Assembly (NCBI GenBank): GCA_951812955.1
Contig: OX638340.1
Coordinates: 1,696,001-1,760,000 of the forward strand
DNA from: an uncultured Gemmatimonadota bacterium
Lineage (GTDB): Bacteria; JAAXHH01
Direction: 5' to 3'
DNA: 64,000 nt
In this document: one piece after another, positions 58,431 to 64,000 of the stretch
Numbering within the stretch: position 1 is the stretch's first letter
Layout: the number at the start of each line of letters is the position of its first letter
Notes under the pieces: model-generated
Databases searched by the model: none
Told to the model about the DNA's origin: nothing
The model's input: only the letters and a program-made list of their open reading frames with translations
Made by a program: the position numbers and the translations under genes

Positions 58431-59837
58431 TTAGTTGTACGCGCGTTTCAGGTCGACACCACGATAGTAGTGTTTCAGAATCTGGTCGTACTTGTACCCC
58501 TGTCCTGCCATTCCTATTGCGCCCATCTGGCACATGCCGATGCCATGGCCATACCCACCGCCTTCCGCCACGATGGTGTCTCTCCTGTACGTCAGATCGA
58601 ACTTCGTGCTGCGGAGCATCGGCTGGCCCTGGACAGGACGCCGTAACGCGGAACGTATCCTGTCGCCGCGCAGTGTCGCCGTGCCGTGATTCGATTTGAT
58701 CTCCAGCAATTGAACGCGCCCGCTCGAAGATCGTTGCTTTATATCGATGCCACGAAGAGAAAACTCACCCGCCTTGCGCTGGTCCATGCCGGGCAACCTG
58801 GCGGCCAGGATGTTCTCCAGCGTCTCCTTCTTCCACTCCACGCGCCATTCATAGACCGGCGAATGCCTGCAGAATTCATCGCTTCTGCCGTCCCTGTCCC
58901 GCACGGAGCGCAGGTACGGAACGGGACTGGAACCCCAGGCGTCCTCGATGGATTCGGTCGCGCCTCCGCAGGTCGAAGAGTAAAACGCGGAGATCGGCTT
59001 GCCCTTGTACATAGCGATCATTCCGCGTGTTTCCGAAATCGCCCTGTCGGCGATGGGCCATTCCGCACTGTAGCCCCGGTATATCTGGTCGGAGACGGTG
59101 CTGTAAAGATCGAATCCCAGACTTTTGCGTCTACCCAGGTTCGACACGGTGTAGGTCCGGGCCGCTACCGCCTGGGCCTTCATGGCCTCGATACGGTCCT
59201 CCTTCAACTTGCCGATTTCGGGGGGTACGACCCCGCGCAGGTAATTCTCCAGGTCGAGGATATTCACCACCGTCAACTTGCCCTTGCTGTTGGAAACCAC
59301 CTCCATCGTTCCGCGGTATTCCCTTTCAGATACCTTGAGGCGCCCTTCCCGAGTTAGAGGGCTTACCTGGATCGGGCCGGTATACAAACCCTGGGCATTG
59401 CCGTCCGGAGAGGACACGTCAATCCACGCGCCTTTCGCCTGCATTTTCCATATGTGACCAGGTGACGACGTACCGATCACCTCGCCGCTGGATTGGTCCA
59501 CGACCTTGAAGCCGCCTGTTCCGGTCATGCTTGCCGAGTCCCTGTTCACGAGCAGACCGATCCTGATCATCGGAAGCTGGCCGGGTTTAAAAGCCACTGA
59601 AGGCGTGGACGGCGCGGAAGGAGCCGGCGGCGTGGCGCGAACAGATGGGAGCGGTCGCCCTGCACATCCGAAGATTACCAGGAACAATACACTAACTGCC
59701 CACCACGCGGGCCGTCCGTGGACCGGTTGGTGGGCCGGCATGTGGACTGGTACGAGGGCCGGCACATGGTCAGGCACGTGGTTGCCGCGGATTCGTCTTG
59801 CGGTGTTCCCGAACTTCGTAACGTTGAAGCGCATCAA
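58431..59837 (-). CDS. SpoIID/LytB domain protein (amidase enhancer-like); start may be the internal ATG at 59741
   Basis: Signal-like N-terminus and the SpoIID/LytB core (AQAVAARTY...HGTATL...CQMGA). Confidence 0.75.
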   Translation of the reverse strand: MMRFNVTKFGNTARRIRGNHVPDHVPALVPVHMPAHQPVHGRPAWWAVSVLFLVIFGCAGRPLPSVRATPPAPSAPSTPSVAFKPGQLPMIRIGLLVNRDSASMTGTGGFKVVDQSSGEVIGTSSPGHIWKMQAKGAWIDVSSPDGNAQGLYTGPIQVSPLTREGRLKVSEREYRGTMEVVSNSKGKLTVVNILDLENYLRGVVPPEIGKLKEDRIEAMKAQAVAARTYTVSNLGRRKSLGFDLYSTVSDQIYRGYSAEWPIADRAISETRGMIAMYKGKPISAFYSSTCGGATESIEDAWGSSPVPYLRSVRDRDGRSDEFCRHSPVYEWRVEWKKETLENILAARLPGMDQRKAGEFSLRGIDIKQRSSSGRVQLLEIKSNHGTATLRGDRIRSALRRPVQGQPMLRSTKFDLTYRRDTIVAEGGGYGHGIGMCQMGAIGMAGQGYKYDQILKHYYRGVDLKRAYN

Positions 59838-59872
59838 GGACTATCCTCCACTCTACTCATCATCCGGGCAGG

Positions 59873-61060
59873 TCAACCAGACAGGCAAATTTTCCCAAGC
59901 ACAGCCGGCCGATCCGCTCCCGTCGCACCCGGAAGACTGCCAGGCAGGCCCCGGACCGTCTGGTCGGCGAGCACCGCAAAGGCCACGGCTTCCTTGGCGT
60001 CCGACGAGAGGCCATGGTCATCCGAAGTCGCCACCTCCACAGGAGACAGCGCCCCGGCGAGCCGTTCGAGCATGAACTTGTTCCTGGCGCCGCCGCCGCT
60101 TACGATCATTTCGTCCAGTTGCGTGACGACGGGCTCGACGAACCGGTGGCAGGCGTCCTTTATGGAACGTACGGTGATCTCCGTCGCGGTCGCAAGCAGA
60201 TCGTCGCCTTTGAGACCAGCCTCCCGCCCCGCGCGAACCAGGACTTCCGCACAGCGGTCTCCAAAAAGTTCCCTGCCCGTGGACTTTGGAGGAGGCCGCT
60301 CGAAATAAGGCATGGACAGCACCTCCGCTATCAGGTTCTCGGCAGGCTTGCCCTGCCGCGCGCCCGCGCCGTCCTCATCCATAACGCGTCCAAGTTCCAT
60401 CCGGGCAACCGCGTCGATCAGCATACTGGCCGGCCCCGTATCGAAAGCCATCACATCTTCGGGTTTCGGGTCTGCGGGCAGCACGGTGAGGTTAGCTATG
60501 CCGCCCAGGTTCAGGAGCCCCCGGGATCTGCCGGTATGCCTGAAGAGCAGGTAGTCCACATAGGGCACGAGCGGGGCGCCCTGGCCGCCCCGGGCCACGT
60601 CCGCGGCGCGGAAATCGCCAACCGTCACCACGCCAGTCCGCTGTGCGATCACCGATGGATCGCCGATCTGCAGCGTCGCCCCGGTTTCCACGCCGAATCT
60701 TGCTATCCTTCCGGGGAGATGGTGGACCGTCTGGCCATGGGATCCGATCAGATCGATCTCCGACATGGACAATCCGGCGGCTCCCGCCGCGTTGATCGCC
60801 GCCCCGGCGAAGAGTTCCCCCAGTTCGAAATGAAGGCGGCAGATTTCGTCGATTCTTCCCGTTTCCGAATCGGAGACTTCCATCAACCGATCGCGCAGAC
60901 CGGATGGAAAAGGCACCGTATCGAAGCCCAGCACTTCCAGGGAAAGCTCATCGTCCTTTCCGCTCATGTTAATTACCGCGGCGTCGATCCCATCGGCGGA
61001 CGTTCCCGACATCAGTCCGATGATCCGGCGGTCCTGAGCTGTCTGGAATCCAGATAACAC
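59873..61060 (-). CDS. anmK: Anhydro-N-acetylmuramic acid kinase
   Basis: N-terminal IIGLMSGTSADGIDAA and the ASKHA fold. 395 aa. Confidence 0.88.
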   Translation of the reverse strand: MLSGFQTAQDRRIIGLMSGTSADGIDAAVINMSGKDDELSLEVLGFDTVPFPSGLRDRLMEVSDSETGRIDEICRLHFELGELFAGAAINAAGAAGLSMSEIDLIGSHGQTVHHLPGRIARFGVETGATLQIGDPSVIAQRTGVVTVGDFRAADVARGGQGAPLVPYVDYLLFRHTGRSRGLLNLGGIANLTVLPADPKPEDVMAFDTGPASMLIDAVARMELGRVMDEDGAGARQGKPAENLIAEVLSMPYFERPPPKSTGRELFGDRCAEVLVRAGREAGLKGDDLLATATEITVRSIKDACHRFVEPVVTQLDEMIVSGGGARNKFMLERLAGALSPVEVATSDDHGLSSDAKEAVAFAVLADQTVRGLPGSLPGATGADRPAVLGKICLSG

Positions 61061-61364
61061 GGGGGATTTACCTTTTCTAGCGGCTACGAAGGTAGAGAAC
61101 GCCCGGCATCATCAGTCTATTGCCGTCCTACCGCATGCCAGACTGCTCGATTTGCTGCTGAATATGCTCTGCAACCCGCCAGATGTCAAGACGGTTGGCT
61201 GGCTAGAAACGGCCTTCGGGCAACCCGCCGGCAGGTGAAAAACCCGTTGCAAAATCGCGCCTGTATCGTATTATAGCCGTTAAACGACAAATCCAATATG
61301 CAACTGTTCTACTCGAGGTAGGAGTCTAAGCCAGGCTCTGCCACCAAGCAAAGCGAGGACACCC

Positions 61365-62405
61365 ATGACACCTTTGACCCGGTACCGGTGGATCGTTTAT
61401 ATGGTCGCCGCCGCTCTGATCACACAGTTTCAAGGGCTTTCCATGGCCCAGAACCACGCGCCGAACCCGTACACTACCGTCGAGGGCATATGGGGCAAAC
61501 TCGGTGGAGACCGGACATGGGGCGCCACGAGCGCGGTCTTTCCCGCCCAGGACGGCAGCGGCAACATCTGGGTGGCGGAAAGATGCGGGCAGAACCTCTG
61601 CGCCGGACGCGAAGACGTGGATCCGATCCTGCTTTTCGACAGCGACGGCAACCTGCTGAAGAGCTTCGGAGCGGGCATGTTCGTCTGGCCCCACGGCATC
61701 TTCGTGGACCCGGAAAACAACGTCTGGGTGACGGACGCCCGGGGCGGTGAAGGCATCGGGCACCAGATCCACAAGTTCAGCGAAGACGGCGAACTGCTCA
61801 TGAGCCTTGGGGTAGCCGGAGTCGGAGGCGATGGGGAGACCATCTTCAACGCGCCTTCCGACGTCCTCGTAGCGCCCGACGGCAGCATCTTCGTGGCGGA
61901 CGGTCACGGATCCGGCGGCAACAACCGCATCGTCAAGCTGGCGGCGGACGGCTCGTTCATCAAGGCCTGGGGCGAGACGGGTCAGGCTGCCGGCGAGTTC
62001 CGCGATCCCCACGCGCTGGCCATGGACTCCCAGGGCCGGCTGTACGTGGGCGACCGGGGCAATGCACGGATCCAGATTTTCGACCAGGAGGGCGAGTACA
62101 TCGCCACCTGGACCCAGTTCGGCCGCCCGAGCGGCCTCTTCATCACCGCCGACGACATGCTCTACAGCGCGGACTCCGAGTCGAACGCGACCTGGGGAGC
62201 CAACCCGGGCTGGCGGAGGGGAATCCGCATCGGCAGCATCAAGGACGGCGGCTTCGTGTCGGCCTTCATTCCGGATACCGTAGTGGATGCCGATGACGCA
62301 GGTACGACCGGCGCGGAAGGCGTTGCCGTGGATGACATGGGCAACGTGTACGGCGCGGAGGTCGGGCCCCGCATGTTGAGGAAATACCTCATATCCGGGG
62401 AATAG
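61365..62405 (+). CDS. Secreted NHL-repeat / six-bladed beta-propeller protein
   Basis: Signal peptide, then repeated NHL-type blades (NVWVTDARG, SIFVADGHG, RLYVGDRGN). Confidence 0.75.
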   Translation: MTPLTRYRWIVYMVAAALITQFQGLSMAQNHAPNPYTTVEGIWGKLGGDRTWGATSAVFPAQDGSGNIWVAERCGQNLCAGREDVDPILLFDSDGNLLKSFGAGMFVWPHGIFVDPENNVWVTDARGGEGIGHQIHKFSEDGELLMSLGVAGVGGDGETIFNAPSDVLVAPDGSIFVADGHGSGGNNRIVKLAADGSFIKAWGETGQAAGEFRDPHALAMDSQGRLYVGDRGNARIQIFDQEGEYIATWTQFGRPSGLFITADDMLYSADSESNATWGANPGWRRGIRIGSIKDGGFVSAFIPDTVVDADDAGTTGAEGVAVDDMGNVYGAEVGPRMLRKYLISGE

Positions 62406-62428
62406 GACGAACCCGATTCCGATGGTTT

Positions 62429-62536
62429 TCGACGGTCTGTCTGACTGGATCGACGGCCTGACCGATTGGACCGACGGTCTGTCCGATTGGACCGACGGTC
62501 TGTCCGACTGGACCGACGGTCTATCAGGCCAGACCC
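62429..62536. repeat. Tandem repeat of a 21-bp unit (cgacggtctgtccgaYtggaY), ~5 copies
   Basis: Read directly, starting 24 nt after the NHL gene stop. Confidence 0.8.
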
Positions 62537-62550
62537 GGTGCTAAATTAAA

Positions 62551-62597
62551 AAAGGCGTGGTACGTGGACCAATACAGATCCCACGGACCGCGCCTTT
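62551..62597. terminator. Probable bidirectional rho-independent terminator (AAAGGCGTGGTACGTGG ... CCACGGACCGCGCCTTT flanked by A/T runs)
   Basis: ~15-bp imperfect stem with T-runs on both sides, lying between convergent genes. Confidence 0.5.
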
Positions 62598-62709
62598 TGC
62601 TATTCAACTGAACAGAAACCGCCTGGCCGGGCGGCCAGGCAGTTCGCTTACGAGCGATTGTCGACACCTGACAACACATCTTTAGATGGCAGATGCGCGC
62701 TCGAACAGG

Positions 62710-63993
62710 TCATTCTTCCTCGTACAGCGCTTCGCCGCGGCTCAGACGCAGCGCGATCTGCGCAGTCTGATTGAGTGCTCGCTGGGTCGGGGCATGGGCG
62801 GCGAGATACCGGGCCGTAGCGATCAGCACGTGGTCGGCCTCGGCACTTCCCCGCAACTCCTCATATTGCCGAATGCCCGCCTCCAGCATCTGGAAGCTGT
62901 GGAACTCGGCATCCTCCCGCAATAGCGAGATCGCCAGCGTACGGAACAGCCGGTCCACCGGGTGCCCATCGGCCAGGTAACGATAGACCAGCCTGGCGGC
63001 CGGCTCCACCTGCTGCTGCGTGTCCAGTTCGGTCAGAAACGCGTCGAGGATCTCATCGGTCTTGCCGGCCAGATCGGCCGTGGCCCTGTCACCGGGCAAA
63101 CGCGCGGGCGGCACGTTGAGAAAGCGGTCCAGGTACACGGCCATGGCGCCGTGGAAGACGCCGCGGATCAACTCCGGTGAACCCGTCCGCTTCAGGGCCT
63201 GGTGCAGGGCGTTCGCGTAGGTAAAGGTGTGCAGCACCGTGATCCAGTCGCCGAACTCGTTCTGCGTGTGGAACCGGGCGATGCGCAGCGCGGCGGCGTA
63301 GGTGACCGCCTGGCTGAGCTGCAGGGGCGTCATGCCCTCGCGAAGGCGGGCCAGCATGGTGTCCACCGTGGCCTGGGGATCGTCCCCGAGAATCACTTCT
63401 GCCAGTTCGACGGGACCTTCCCAGACGTGCCCGTTGGACGTCGAAGCCAGCGCGCCGGGCAACGCGGCGTTGGCTTTGCGAATAATGGCGGCCAGGTCGA
63501 CGGGATGGCGCCAGGCGTTTCGCTCCTCGCTGCGCGCCGCGGCGCATAATTGACCGACCAGGCTGGGCAGCACTTCACCGGCGTGTTCCCAGCCGATGTG
63601 GTCCAGCAGTTCCGTGGATTTGTTGATGAAGTCCGCGACGTGGCCGCCGTCCAGGAACACGTGATCCGTGGCGGCGCTCATCATCATGTCGACCAGCTGC
63701 GCGGGTTCGCAGTCCATGGACACGGCGGTGAGGAGACACCGCGTGGCGCCTTCCGTGTCGCGCACCTCCACGAAGCGGCGGAACCAGCGCTTCAACTGTT
63801 CAAAGGACAGATTCTCCGTATCCAGTGGTTGCAGGTCGAACCTCGGCGGCTGTCCGTTGCTGTCCCGGGCGACGTGCGTCAGTCCCTGGTATAGCGGGAG
63901 GATCTGCTCGTCTTTCGGCAGATAACCGCACAGGTTGGTCATCGCGGTTAGAATGGTCAGTCCGGGACCCCATCCAGATGACCGGTACCGCAC
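62710..63993 (-). CDS. Hypothetical protein (N-terminus near the window edge, possibly incomplete)
   Basis: 427-aa ORF with genome-typical codon bias. No recognised motifs. Confidence 0.5.
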   Translation of the reverse strand: MRYRSSGWGPGLTILTAMTNLCGYLPKDEQILPLYQGLTHVARDSNGQPPRFDLQPLDTENLSFEQLKRWFRRFVEVRDTEGATRCLLTAVSMDCEPAQLVDMMMSAATDHVFLDGGHVADFINKSTELLDHIGWEHAGEVLPSLVGQLCAAARSEERNAWRHPVDLAAIIRKANAALPGALASTSNGHVWEGPVELAEVILGDDPQATVDTMLARLREGMTPLQLSQAVTYAAALRIARFHTQNEFGDWITVLHTFTYANALHQALKRTGSPELIRGVFHGAMAVYLDRFLNVPPARLPGDRATADLAGKTDEILDAFLTELDTQQQVEPAARLVYRYLADGHPVDRLFRTLAISLLREDAEFHSFQMLEAGIRQYEELRGSAEADHVLIATARYLAAHAPTQRALNQTAQIALRLSRGEALYEEE

Positions 63994-64000
63994 GCCGTAC

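Noticed and set aside
62429-62536. Open frame encoding DGLSDWT heptad repeats after the NHL-repeat gene
   Set aside because: It has no start codon or RBS, and the repeat begins after the gene's TAG stop, so I treat it as a non-coding tandem repeat. A frameshifted C-terminal extension cannot be fully excluded.
1884-62536. CRISPR arrays
   Set aside because: All repeat arrays consist of directly abutting units with no unique spacers, the units differ in length and sequence, and there are no cas genes nearby.

Overview
This is a 64-kb, high-GC (~65%) chromosomal segment from a diderm (Gram-negative-type) bacterium. Most of the window is ordinary housekeeping and metabolic genes. The identifiable ones are nrdR-nrdJ (class II ribonucleotide reductase and its repressor), trpS, rarA, coaA, anmK, nhaA, and genes for TonB, an LptE-like lipoprotein, an MltB-like lytic transglycosylase, a SpoIID/LytB protein and a MATE pump. 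There are also FtsX-type ABC permease, SDR, Gfo/Idh/MocA, enolase-superfamily, TPP-dependent and PLP-dependent enzyme genes. Four lower-GC accessory islands interrupt this backbone. Two carry a single large orphan gene each: a 560-aa membrane protein at 6.95-8.93 kb and a 416-aa PD-(D/E)xK nuclease-like protein at 24.04-25.7 kb. A third island (10.1-13.9 kb) carries an orphan HigA-like XRE regulator directly upstream of an APH-fold kinase, plus HIT, BtrH_N-like and VOC genes. The fourth (30.9-32.65 kb) is a complete higB-higA toxin-antitoxin pair whose antitoxin is fused to an ImmA/IrrE peptidase domain. The most notable single finding is a secreted thioredoxin-fold redoxin gene with an in-frame TGA exactly at the first Cys of its CxxC motif (W-U-P-L-C). 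A perfect 7-bp hairpin sits 15 nt downstream. This is very likely a selenocysteine-containing protein that the ORF track splits into two ORFs. Other points are a 913-aa UxaA-family dehydratase with an internal tandem duplication whose first copy lacks the catalytic cysteines, a BacNaV-type voltage-gated channel with an acidic TLEDWTD filter, and an unusually large number of GC-rich intergenic tandem repeats (16-42 bp units), several starting at or next to stop codons. No CRISPR array, rRNA, tRNA, integrase or transposase was found. All coordinates come from the supplied ORF track or from direct reading of the sequence. No database searches were run.
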